36,349 bases of DNA from contig JBEBGD010000053.1 in the NCBI GenBank assembly GCA_040081625.1, positions 1 through 36,349 of the forward strand, given 5' to 3'. Below are positions 8,658-17,895 of the stretch, one piece after another. The stretch comes from Chthoniobacteraceae bacterium. GTDB taxonomy: Bacteria > Verrucomicrobiota > Verrucomicrobiia > Chthoniobacterales > Chthoniobacteraceae. Within the stretch, counting starts at the first letter, position 1. Each line of letters starts with the position of its first letter. Position numbers and translations under genes: made by a program. The notes beneath the pieces were generated by a model. That model saw only the letters and a list, made by a program, of their open reading frames with translations. It ran no database searches and was not told the origin of the DNA.

Positions 8658-11117
8658 ATGAATCCTTTCCTCGCACATCAGGCCGCGCTCACGCAGCGCC
8701 TGCTCTTCCTCTTCGCGTTCACGCAGGTCGCCGCTGGCGCGGATTCGCCCGAAGCAATCGTGTTCTTCGAGAAACGCATCCGCCCCGTGCTCGTGGATAA
8801 ATGCTACAAGTGCCACGCGGCGGACGCTGAAAAGATCAAGGGCGGCCTGCTGCTCGATACGCGCAAAGGCATCAGGCAAGGCGGCGACAACGGTCCGGCG
8901 GTAGTGCCCGGCGATGTGAAGCGCAGCTTATTGATCGAGGCCATTCGGCACCTGGATAAGGACCTCGCGATGCCGCCGAAGGAAAAGCTGCCGGACGCGG
9001 TGATCGAGGAGTTCGAGAAGTGGATCGCCATGGGTGCGCCTGACCCGCGCGAGGGTGGCGGCGCGGCAGTGGTGAGCACGATCGACATCGAAGAAGGGCG
9101 CAAGCACTGGGCCTTTCAGCCGATTTCCACGCCGCCGGTGCCAGCGGTGAAGGATTCGTCGTGGCCGCGCACGGACATTGATCGCTTCGTGCTAGCTGCG
9201 CTGGAGGCGAAGGGGCTGCGGCCTGTGGAGGATGCTGCGCCGGCAGAACTGCGCCGGCGGATTGCGTTCGATCTGACGGGGCTGCCGCCGCATGAGCCGG
9301 ATGGATCGCAAGAGCCGCAGGGGGCCCATGAACAAATCGCACGACATCTCCAAAGCCCGCGCTTCGGCGAACGGTGGGCGCGGCATTGGCTGGATGTGGC
9401 GCGCTATGCGGAGTCGTCGGGCAGCGGGCACAATGTCGCGTTCCCGCTCGCGTTTCGCTATCGCGACTGGGTGGTCGATTCGCTGAACGCGGACAAGCCC
9501 TACGACCGGTTCATCCGCGAACAGCTCGCCGGCGATCTGCTCCCGTCCGCCAGCGATGCGCAGCGTAATGAACAGCTCATCGCTACCGGCTTTCTCGCCG
9601 TCGGCGTGAAGGATCTCCGTGAGAACAAGCTGCATCGCTTCCGAATGGCGATCGCGGATGAGCAAATCGACGCGACCAGCCGCGCTTTTCTCGGACTCAC
9701 GATCGCTTGTGCGAAGTGCCACGATCACAAGTTCGACCCGATCCCAACCGCCGACTATTACGCGCTGGCTGGCATTTTCACGAGCAGCGAACCGATGCTC
9801 GGTGCGCGTCGCAATCGGGAGCGTGAGCCGTTCGCAGCGGGCGTGATTCCGCTCGCAGGTGGATCTTCCGATTTCACGAATGAGGATCAGCGCACGCTGC
9901 TTAAGTTGCGCGTGGACTCCACCTACAAGCGCCTGGCCTTGCGCGATGAGAAGCTGCGAATCCTGCGAGAGAGAGGTCTGAGCCAGACCAGGACTCCGAA
10001 GATCGAAGCCATGCTCGATCAGCTTCCGTCGGTGCAAAAATTCAAGCGAGAGGTGGATGAGATCGAAGCCCGCTACGAGGCGATACGCGTGCGCTACGAT
10101 GCCGCGATGCCGCACTCCGTCATGGGTATGCGCGACGTGAAGCCCGCTGATTGCGCCATTCACATTCGCGGCGAAGACACCCAACTTGGCGATGTCGTGC
10201 CGCGCGGCTTTCCCCGGGTGCTGACCACGGCAGAGACGATGCCGGTGAAAGCGGAGCAAAGCGGCCGATTGCAGCTCGCGGAGTGGATCGCCGACCCTCG
10301 TCATCCGCTGACGGCGCGCGTGATGGCGAACCGCATATGGCAGCATCTATTTGGAATGGGACTGGTGGAGACGCCGGACGATTTCGGCAGGACCGGCCAG
10401 CCGCCGAGCGATCCCGCGCTGCTCGATCATCTCGCTCAGCGATTCCTCGCGCACGGGTGGTCGGTGAAAAAGCTCATCGCAGAGATCATGAACAGCCGAG
10501 TGTATCGACTCGGCACGGCGCACGATGCGAAGGCATTTGAAATCGATCCGGCCAACCGCCTGCACTGGCGCATGAACCGCCGCCGACTCGACTCCGATGC
10601 GCTGCTCGATGCCATCCGCAGCATCAGTGGCGACCTGGTCATCGAGCGCCCGCGACCCGTGTTCCTGTCCACGCCGCAGGATGACCGCGTTAAGTCCATG
10701 GATTTCAAAGCGTGGGTCGCGCCGACCCTGAGCCACCGCACCATCTTTCAGCCCGTGTTGCGCGATCGCGTTCCCGATGAGTGGAGCCTGTTCGACTTTC
10801 CCGTTCCGGAACTTGTCACCGGCCGGCGAAGTGAGACCACGGTGCCCACGCAAGCGCTCTACATGATGAACAGCCCGTTCATCGTGGAGCAATCGGCAAG
10901 GACGGCGAAGCGGCTGTTGGCACGCGCGTCCGAACCCGGAGCGCTGATCGCGGCGGCGTATGTGCAGATCCTGAATCGCGCACCGAACGAGTCGGATTAC
11001 CAGGAGGCACAGCAGTTTTTGAAACAGATCCCCGCGGACTCAACCAAGCCAGAGAAGGCAGCCGCAGTGCTTTGTCAGATGCTCTTCGCATCCGCCGAGT
11101 TTCGATACCTCTACTGA
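8658..11117 (+). CDS. Planctomycete cytochrome c / DUF1549 / DUF1553 protein (paralog 2, short helical insert)
   Basis: FFEKRIRPVLVDKCYKCH; FGERWARHWLDVARYAES; CAKCHDHKFDPI; HPLTARVMANRIWQHLFG; VPTQALYMMN; ends SAEFRYLY. Confidence 0.9.
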   Translation: MNPFLAHQAALTQRLLFLFAFTQVAAGADSPEAIVFFEKRIRPVLVDKCYKCHAADAEKIKGGLLLDTRKGIRQGGDNGPAVVPGDVKRSLLIEAIRHLDKDLAMPPKEKLPDAVIEEFEKWIAMGAPDPREGGGAAVVSTIDIEEGRKHWAFQPISTPPVPAVKDSSWPRTDIDRFVLAALEAKGLRPVEDAAPAELRRRIAFDLTGLPPHEPDGSQEPQGAHEQIARHLQSPRFGERWARHWLDVARYAESSGSGHNVAFPLAFRYRDWVVDSLNADKPYDRFIREQLAGDLLPSASDAQRNEQLIATGFLAVGVKDLRENKLHRFRMAIADEQIDATSRAFLGLTIACAKCHDHKFDPIPTADYYALAGIFTSSEPMLGARRNREREPFAAGVIPLAGGSSDFTNEDQRTLLKLRVDSTYKRLALRDEKLRILRERGLSQTRTPKIEAMLDQLPSVQKFKREVDEIEARYEAIRVRYDAAMPHSVMGMRDVKPADCAIHIRGEDTQLGDVVPRGFPRVLTTAETMPVKAEQSGRLQLAEWIADPRHPLTARVMANRIWQHLFGMGLVETPDDFGRTGQPPSDPALLDHLAQRFLAHGWSVKKLIAEIMNSRVYRLGTAHDAKAFEIDPANRLHWRMNRRRLDSDALLDAIRSISGDLVIERPRPVFLSTPQDDRVKSMDFKAWVAPTLSHRTIFQPVLRDRVPDEWSLFDFPVPELVTGRRSETTVPTQALYMMNSPFIVEQSARTAKRLLARASEPGALIAAAYVQILNRAPNESDYQEAQQFLKQIPADSTKPEKAAAVLCQMLFASAEFRYLY
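9288..9332 (+). repeat. Degenerate 9/18-bp periodic tract inside paralog 2
   Basis: ccgcatgag/ccggatgga/tcgcaagag/ccgcagggg/gcccatgaa; the first two 18-mers match at 13 of 18 positions. Confidence 0.45.
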
Positions 11118-11126
11118 GCCGATGAC

Positions 11127-12416
11127 ATGAAATCCAGCCCCCTCACCCGCCGCCACTTCCTCAAGACCGCCGGCACGGTCGTCGCCCTGCCAGCGCTGGA
11201 GTCCATCGGGTTCCGGCGTTTTGCGTCCGCCGCGCCCTTGATGGCGCGACCGAAGCGCGCGGTGTTTCTCGGTTTTGGCTGGGGCGTGACGGAGGAGTCG
11301 TGGTATCCCGATGCGAAGGTGACGGGCGCGGATTACAAGCTGCCGCCGGGCCTCGCGCCGCTCGCACGGCATCAGCGGGACTTCACGCTCGTGCAGGGAC
11401 TCACGAATAAATTCGCCAACGAGGCGCATTGGGGCAGCACGTTCTGGCTCACGGGCGCGAATCGCTTCGCGGAGCCGGGGCAGAGCTTTCACAACACGAT
11501 CTCGGCGGACCAAGTGGCTGCCGAAGCGCTGGGGAAAGACACGCGATTCACCTCCATCCAGCTCGGCAGTCCCGACGCGGTGGGAAACGGTCACGGGCCG
11601 GGCCTCTCGCTCGCGTGGGACCGGCGCGGCAAACCGATGGCGGCCCTCGACAACCCCGTGCTGGCCTACCATCGCCTCTTTTCCGATGAGACGATGCCGC
11701 TGGAGCAACGCCAGGCTGTGCTCGCGCAAAAACGCAGCGTGCTCGATGCCGTGCGGGCCGATGCAAAGCGCGTGCAGCGCGGCCTGAATAAGACCGACAC
11801 CGACAAGCTCGACGAATACTTCCAGGGCGTGCGCGACATCGAGACGCGCCTGTCGAAAGACGAGCAGTGGCTCAACGTGCCGAAGCCCAAGGTGCCGCTC
11901 GCCGAGCCAAAACCCGGCCTCGCGGGTCGCGATGAGATCGCGCTCATGTATGACCTCATCGTCGCCGCGCTGCAGACCGACGCCACGCGCGTCATTACCT
12001 ACCGCCAGCCGGTCGGATCGCTGTTGAGCAGCCTCGATTTGAAAATCGCCGCGCACGACATGAGCCACTACACCACCGGCGACCGCCTGGAGGCCTCGCA
12101 AAAGCGCGATGTGGCGCAGAGCACGCTGTTCGCAGGATTACTCGACAAATTGAAAGCCGTGAAGGAACCGGACGGCACCAGCCTCTTCGACCACACCGCG
12201 CTCGCCTACGGCAGCAACATCCGCACGTCCCACTACCTCGACAACTGCCCCACGATCCTCGCCGGCGGCGGCGCGAGCGTGAGGCTCGGCCAGCATCTCG
12301 TCCTCCCGCGCAACACGCCGCTGTGCGACGCCTGGCTCACGATGCTACACGGGTTGGACATCCCCGCCGAGCGTCACGGCGACAGCACGGGCGTGGTGAA
12401 GGAATTGCAAGCGTGA
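11127..12416 (+). CDS. DUF1552 family protein with Tat signal
   Basis: TRRHFLK..G..VALPALES leader; ISADQVAA, TRF.S.QL, KRSVLDAV, KLDEY..GVRDIE.RL, ALQTD.TRV, EPDGTSLFDHT, GDSTG. Confidence 0.85.
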   Translation: MKSSPLTRRHFLKTAGTVVALPALESIGFRRFASAAPLMARPKRAVFLGFGWGVTEESWYPDAKVTGADYKLPPGLAPLARHQRDFTLVQGLTNKFANEAHWGSTFWLTGANRFAEPGQSFHNTISADQVAAEALGKDTRFTSIQLGSPDAVGNGHGPGLSLAWDRRGKPMAALDNPVLAYHRLFSDETMPLEQRQAVLAQKRSVLDAVRADAKRVQRGLNKTDTDKLDEYFQGVRDIETRLSKDEQWLNVPKPKVPLAEPKPGLAGRDEIALMYDLIVAALQTDATRVITYRQPVGSLLSSLDLKIAAHDMSHYTTGDRLEASQKRDVAQSTLFAGLLDKLKAVKEPDGTSLFDHTALAYGSNIRTSHYLDNCPTILAGGGASVRLGQHLVLPRNTPLCDAWLTMLHGLDIPAERHGDSTGVVKELQA

Positions 12417-12435
12417 CCTGCCGGACGCGTAGCGA

Positions 12436-15081
12436 ATGAGCACACGCTTCCTCATTCTGTTCATCGGCCTCGGCGTTCTCCGAGCGCCAGCCGCCGAGGC
12501 TCCGCAGGCGCGGCTGGATGAGAAGCACCGCGCGTTCTTCAAAGACTACTGCGTCGGATGCCACAACGCGGAGAAGCAGAAGGGCAAGCTGCGGCTGGAT
12601 GACATATCGTTCGGCATCGGGACGATCGAGAACGCGGAGCGCTGGCAAAAAATCCTCAACGCGCTGAACTCGGGCGAGATGCCGCCGGAGGATGAGACGC
12701 AGCCGGAAAAGGCGCGGAAGACGGAGTTCCTCGACGATCTCGCGGGCACGCTCGTCATCGCGCGGAAGGTGCTGGGCGATGCGGGCGGCCAGATCGCCAT
12801 GCGGCGGCTGAACCGGCGCGAGTATAAGAACACGATCCGCGATCTGCTCGGCGTGGAGATCGACGTGCGCGATTTGCCTGCGGATGGTGGGACGGGCAGC
12901 TTCGACACGGTGGGCGCTTCGCTTTTCATGTCGGGCGATCAGATCGAGCAATACCTCACGCTGGGACGCCGTGCACTCGACGAGCACTTCGCGCGTGCCG
13001 CGATGAGCGAAGAGACCTTCAAGGCGCGCACGGAAGCCGAAGTGCTCGGCAATCAGCGCATGAACAACAACCTCAAGCGCCTCAAAGACGGGCATGAGCA
13101 ATACGCGCGATGGATGGCCGCCGTGGAGGAGGCCGCGAAGCTGCCGGAGAACTCGAAGCTGGCCGCCGAGTTGCGCGAGAGCACGAAGATCCCCTCCATG
13201 AACCCTTACGACGGACGCCGCGTGGGGCTGCTGTTCAACAACAAGTGGGAGGTGCTCAAGGGCGCGCCGGCGCCGCAGAGCTTCGGCCTGGGCGATGCGG
13301 AAACAGCGCGCGTGCAGGAGCTGGAGCACATCTACCAGCTCCAATACTTCACCGACTACATGAAGCTGCCCGCGCGCGACACCGGCGCGTGGCTGGGCTT
13401 TTACTTCGCGTATCGCGAAACCTATGTGGCCGCTGACGCGAAGTGGCCGCCGGGGCGCTACACCCTGCGCATGCGAGTGGCAGCAAATGAAGCGGCGCCG
13501 AGGGAGCGCCGCTTCATCGAGATCGGCCAGCGCACGCCGGACCCCAAGGACGTGACGACTTTCAGCGTCTTCGGCGCGCATCAGGTCACGGCCACCTTGG
13601 AAAGGCCGCAGCTCATCGAGCTGCAGGTGAACGTGGGCACGGATAGCTTCCGCGAGTTCGCGCTGCGTGAAAAGCGCCCGAACTCGCGGACAGCGGAGAT
13701 GGGCCTGTTTCACGATCACTTCGCGCAAACCGGCACCGGCCCCGACCCGGCTGTGTGGGTGGACTGGTTCGAGATCGAGGGGCCGCATGACGCACCCCGC
13801 GCTGTCACATCGTTTGTTCCCCGCACGCAGGACCGCGATGGTGTGCGCGAGGTGATCGGGCGTTTCGCCACGCGCGCCTTTCGCGGCAAGGCGCCGGACG
13901 CGGAATTCATCGACCGTCTTGTGCCGCTGGCGGAGGCGCGGCGCGAGGCAGGCGACTCACTTGAAGACGCGCTGAAGGAGCCGCTCAGCGTCGTGCTCGC
14001 CTCCCCGGGCTTTCTGTATCTCAATGAGCCGGCTTCGGAAAAGGGCCCGCGCCGCCTCGACGGTCCCGAACTCGCCTCCCGCCTCTCCTATTTCCTCTGG
14101 AGCGCGCCGCCGGATGACGAACTGCTCGTCCTCGCGCAGCGTGGCGAATTACACCAGCCCGCCGTGCTCACCGCGCAGGTGGACCGCATGATCGCCGACG
14201 CACGCGCGGACGAGTTCGTCTCCGGTTTCGCGCATCAATGGCTCGGCCTCGACCGGCTGGATTTTTTCCAGTTCGACTTCCGGCTGCACCGCGCCTTTGA
14301 CGACAGCGCAAAGGCCGCCGCGCGCGAGGAGGTGTATCAAACACTCGCCACACTGCTGCGCGAAAACCTTCCGCTGCATCGCCTCATCAAGTCCGACTTC
14401 GTCGTCATCAACGGCCTGCTCGCCGACTACTACGGCCTTGACGACGTGAGCGGTGATGCGTTCCGCAAAGTCGCGCTGCCCGCCGGCTCGCCACGCGGCG
14501 GACTGCTCGGCATGGCCGCGATCCTCGCCATGGGTGGCAATGGAAAGCACACCAGCCCCGTCGAACGCGGCGCGTGGGTGTTGCGCAAACTGCTGCACGA
14601 TCCACCGCCGCCCGCGCCGCCGAATGTGCCGCAGCTCGCGCGTCTCGATGCAAAACCGCTCACCGCCCGCGAGCGCATCCTCGCCCACCAGGAAGAGCCG
14701 CAGTGCGCGAGCTGCCACCGCAAGATCGACCCCATCGGCTTCGGTCTCGAAAACTTCGACGCCGCCGGGAAGTGGCGCACCGAGGATCACTTTGAGAAAG
14801 GCGCGGTCAGAAAAACCTGGCCCATCGATGCTGCCGCCGCCTTCCACAACGGACCCGCTTTCAAAGACTACTTCGAGCTGCGCGACATCATCGCTGTGCG
14901 CGCCAACACCTTCGCCCGCAGCTTCACCGAAGCGCTCATCGAATACGCCCTCGGACGACCGTTCGGCTTCACCGATGAAGACCTCGCCACCGCCATCATC
15001 GACCGCGCGAGGCAGCAGGACCTCTCCATCCGCCAGTTCATCCACGCGCTCGTATCGAGCGAGGCTTTCCACATGAAATAG
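12436..15081 (+). CDS. DUF1592/1588/1587/1585/1595 family protein with cytochrome c motifs
   Basis: Signal peptide; CVGCH; MRRLNRREYKNTIRDLLG; ELASRLSYFLWSAPPDDEL; RGGLLG; TSPVERGAWV; CASCHRKIDPIGFGLENFD. Confidence 0.9.
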   Translation: MSTRFLILFIGLGVLRAPAAEAPQARLDEKHRAFFKDYCVGCHNAEKQKGKLRLDDISFGIGTIENAERWQKILNALNSGEMPPEDETQPEKARKTEFLDDLAGTLVIARKVLGDAGGQIAMRRLNRREYKNTIRDLLGVEIDVRDLPADGGTGSFDTVGASLFMSGDQIEQYLTLGRRALDEHFARAAMSEETFKARTEAEVLGNQRMNNNLKRLKDGHEQYARWMAAVEEAAKLPENSKLAAELRESTKIPSMNPYDGRRVGLLFNNKWEVLKGAPAPQSFGLGDAETARVQELEHIYQLQYFTDYMKLPARDTGAWLGFYFAYRETYVAADAKWPPGRYTLRMRVAANEAAPRERRFIEIGQRTPDPKDVTTFSVFGAHQVTATLERPQLIELQVNVGTDSFREFALREKRPNSRTAEMGLFHDHFAQTGTGPDPAVWVDWFEIEGPHDAPRAVTSFVPRTQDRDGVREVIGRFATRAFRGKAPDAEFIDRLVPLAEARREAGDSLEDALKEPLSVVLASPGFLYLNEPASEKGPRRLDGPELASRLSYFLWSAPPDDELLVLAQRGELHQPAVLTAQVDRMIADARADEFVSGFAHQWLGLDRLDFFQFDFRLHRAFDDSAKAAAREEVYQTLATLLRENLPLHRLIKSDFVVINGLLADYYGLDDVSGDAFRKVALPAGSPRGGLLGMAAILAMGGNGKHTSPVERGAWVLRKLLHDPPPPAPPNVPQLARLDAKPLTARERILAHQEEPQCASCHRKIDPIGFGLENFDAAGKWRTEDHFEKGAVRKTWPIDAAAAFHNGPAFKDYFELRDIIAVRANTFARSFTEALIEYALGRPFGFTDEDLATAIIDRARQQDLSIRQFIHALVSSEAFHMK

Positions 15082-15126
15082 GACGCGCATTATTAGCGAC
15101 GCGAGATCCTTCACTCCGAGCCACCC

Positions 15127-16488
15127 ATGATTCCGCAATCTGCATTCCGACTTCCGCCATTCTCCGTCTCCCGCCGAGATATGCTGCGAAGCACGCTCAG
15201 CGGTTTCGGTTACCTCGCGTTCTCCGGACTGACGGCGCGCGCAGCGACACGCGCGCCGCTTTTCGCGCCAAGAGCGAAGCGCGTGATTCTGCTCTTCATG
15301 CAAGGCGGCGTCTCGCACCTGGACACGTTTGATTACAAACCCAAGCTGCAGGACGACGACGGCAAGCCGATGCCCGGTGGAAAGGGCAAGCTGCTCGGCA
15401 GCCCCTGGAAATTCCAGCAGCACGGCCAGAGCGGACAGTGGATGAGCGAATTGCTGCCGCATCTGGCAAAGCGCGCGGATGACCTTTGCGTGCTCACAGC
15501 GATGCAAACGGACGCGCAGGCGCACGAGACCGGCGTGCCGATGTTTCACACGGGCAATCAGCTCCAATCGCGGCCTTCGATCGGATCGTGGGTGCTGTAT
15601 GGCCTGGGCGCGGAGACGAGTGACCTGCCGGGCTTCATCGCGATGAATCCGCTCCGGCAGTTTGGCGGTAACAACCACGGCAGCGCCTTTCTGCCGGCAT
15701 CGTATCAGGCCACATTCGTGCGGCCGGGCGGCAAGGAAGTCGGCGACCCGGTGCCGAACCTCGCGACCACGCATTTGAAGCCCGATGAGCAACGAATGCA
15801 GCTCGACCTGCTGCGGCGGATCAACGCGCGCCGCCTCGCTCAAGATGACGTGAATAGCGACCTCGAAGCGCTCATCGGTTCTTACGAGATGGCATTTCGA
15901 ATGCAGAGCGCAGTGCCGGATCTCATGGATTTGAAAAAGGAATCCGAAGCCACGCTAAAAACCTACGGCATCGGAAACACGGCGACGGACAACTTCGGAC
16001 GCCAGTGCTTGTTCGCGCGGAAGTTCGCCGAGGCGGGTGTGCGCTTCATCGAGATCGGCGTCGGCGGTTGGGATCACCACATGGACTTGAAGACGGAAAT
16101 GGAGCGTAGCACGAAGGCCGTGGACCAGCCTATGGCCGCGCTGCTCGACGACTTGAAACAGCGCGGCCTGCTCGACGATACGCTGGTTGTGTGGGCGGGC
16201 GAGTTCGGGCGCACGGCTGTCGCGCAATTCGAAAACGGTCGCGATCACAACAACCGCGCCTTCACCATCTGGATGGCTGGCGGCGGTGTGAAAGCGGGGC
16301 TTCGTCACGGCACGTCCGACGACTACGGGCGCGAAGGCGTGGAAGGCCGCGTCCACATTCACGACCTGCACGCCACGATCCTGCACCTGCTCGGACTCGA
16401 TCACGAAAAGCTGACCTATCGCTACAGCGGGCGCGATTTCCGGCTGACCGATGTGCATGGGAACGTCGTGAAAGAAATTCTAGCCTGA
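15127..16488 (+). CDS. DUF1501 family protein with Tat-like signal (paralog A)
   Basis: SRRDMLR; AKRVILLFMQGGVSHLDTFDYKP; RPSIGSW..YGLG; GWDHH; GEFGRT; GRDH; RLTDVHG. Confidence 0.9.
   Translation: MIPQSAFRLPPFSVSRRDMLRSTLSGFGYLAFSGLTARAATRAPLFAPRAKRVILLFMQGGVSHLDTFDYKPKLQDDDGKPMPGGKGKLLGSPWKFQQHGQSGQWMSELLPHLAKRADDLCVLTAMQTDAQAHETGVPMFHTGNQLQSRPSIGSWVLYGLGAETSDLPGFIAMNPLRQFGGNNHGSAFLPASYQATFVRPGGKEVGDPVPNLATTHLKPDEQRMQLDLLRRINARRLAQDDVNSDLEALIGSYEMAFRMQSAVPDLMDLKKESEATLKTYGIGNTATDNFGRQCLFARKFAEAGVRFIEIGVGGWDHHMDLKTEMERSTKAVDQPMAALLDDLKQRGLLDDTLVVWAGEFGRTAVAQFENGRDHNNRAFTIWMAGGGVKAGLRHGTSDDYGREGVEGRVHIHDLHATILHLLGLDHEKLTYRYSGRDFRLTDVHGNVVKEILA
15131..15158 (+). repeat. Degenerate 7-bp tandem repeat at the 5' end of DUF1501-A
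   Basis: ttccgca/atctgca/ttccgac/ttccgcc. Confidence 0.5.
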
Positions 16489-16494
16489 TCCACG

Positions 16495-17895
16495 ATGATC
16501 GACATCACGCGCCGACACTTCTTCAGCCGCAGCGCGACCGGCATCGGCGCGGCGGCGCTCGGCTCGCTGCTCGGGCGCGCGGCGGCGGCGGCGCCGCACT
16601 TCGCACCGAAGGCGAAGCGGGTGATCTACCTCTTCCAGCACGGCGGGCCGTCGCAGCTCGATTTGTTCGATCACAAGCCCGGACTGCGCGCGCTGCACGG
16701 CAAAGAACTGCCGGACTCGGTGCGCGGCACGCAGCGGCTCACGGGAATGACGAGCGGGCAGAAGACGCTGCCAGTCACGTCGTCGATCTTCGACTTCAAG
16801 CAGCACGGCAAATCCGGCGCGTGGGTGAGCGAACTGATGCCGCACACGGCGGGCGTCGTGGATGAGCTGTGCTTCATCCGCTCGATGCACACGGAGGCGA
16901 TCAATCACGATCCGGCGGTCACCTTCCTCCAGACCGGCCACCAGCAGCCCGGCCGCCCGAGCCTCGGCTCGTGGACGAGCTACGGGCTCGGGAGCGAAAA
17001 CGAAAACCTGCCCGCGTTCGTCGTGCTCATCTCGCGCGGCAGTGCGGCGCGACCCGCCGATCCGCTCTACGCGCGGCTGTGGGGCTCGGGCTTTCTGCCA
17101 TCGAGTCATCAAGGCGTTGCGTTCCGCAGCAGTGGCGATCCGGTGCTGTATCTGTCGAATCCGCCGGGCATCGACGCGAGCGCGCGTCGCGAGCAACTCG
17201 ACGCGATCGGCGCGCTCAACCGCGCTTCGCTCGCGCGCGAGATCGATCCCGAAATCGAGACGCGCATCGCGCAATACGAGATGGCGTTTCGGATGCAATC
17301 GAGCGTGCCGGAACTGACGAGCGTGCGCGGCGAGACCGACGCGACCTTCACCGCCTACGGCCCGCAGGCGCGCGTTCCGGGCACTTTCGCCGCGAACTGC
17401 CTGCTCGCGCGCCGCATGGCCGAGCGCGGCGTGCGTTTCATCCAGCTCTACCACCGCGGGTGGGATCAGCACTACAACCTGCCGAGCGATCTGCGGCTGC
17501 AATCGCAGGACGTGGATCAGCCGTGCGCCGCGCTCATCCGCGACCTGCGCGACCGCGGCCTGCTCGACGAGACGCTCGTGATCTGGGGCGGCGAATTCGG
17601 CCGCACGACCTACAGCCAGGGCAAGCTGGAGGCGACCAACTACGGCCGCGATCATCACGGCGGGTGCTTCACGATGTGGCTCGCGGGCGGCGGTGTGAAG
17701 GGCGGCGTGCTGCACGGCGAGACCGACGAATTCTGCTACAACGTCGCGCGCGATCCCGTCCACGTTCACGACCTGAATGCCACGTTGCTGCACCTGCTCG
17801 GCCTCGACCACGAGCGGCTCACGTTCAAGTTCCAGGGTCGCTACTTCCGACTCACCGACGTGCATGGTCACATCGTGAAACCCATCCTCGCATGA
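16495..17895 (+). CDS. DUF1501 family protein with Tat signal (paralog B)
   Basis: [58 protein letters not shown]. Confidence 0.9.
   Translation: MIDITRRHFFSRSATGIGAAALGSLLGRAAAAAPHFAPKAKRVIYLFQHGGPSQLDLFDHKPGLRALHGKELPDSVRGTQRLTGMTSGQKTLPVTSSIFDFKQHGKSGAWVSELMPHTAGVVDELCFIRSMHTEAINHDPAVTFLQTGHQQPGRPSLGSWTSYGLGSENENLPAFVVLISRGSAARPADPLYARLWGSGFLPSSHQGVAFRSSGDPVLYLSNPPGIDASARREQLDAIGALNRASLAREIDPEIETRIAQYEMAFRMQSSVPELTSVRGETDATFTAYGPQARVPGTFAANCLLARRMAERGVRFIQLYHRGWDQHYNLPSDLRLQSQDVDQPCAALIRDLRDRGLLDETLVIWGGEFGRTTYSQGKLEATNYGRDHHGGCFTMWLAGGGVKGGVLHGETDEFCYNVARDPVHVHDLNATLLHLLGLDHERLTFKFQGRYFRLTDVHGHIVKPILA

Noticed and set aside
15082..15126. Intergenic GACGCG direct repeat around ATTATTA as an operator or terminator
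   Set aside because: Too short in GC-rich DNA; no stable stem or U-tract.
16869..17891. Apparent 815-aa sulfatase fusion
   Set aside because: The extension is an alternative frame of DUF1501B; a signal peptide starts at 17892.
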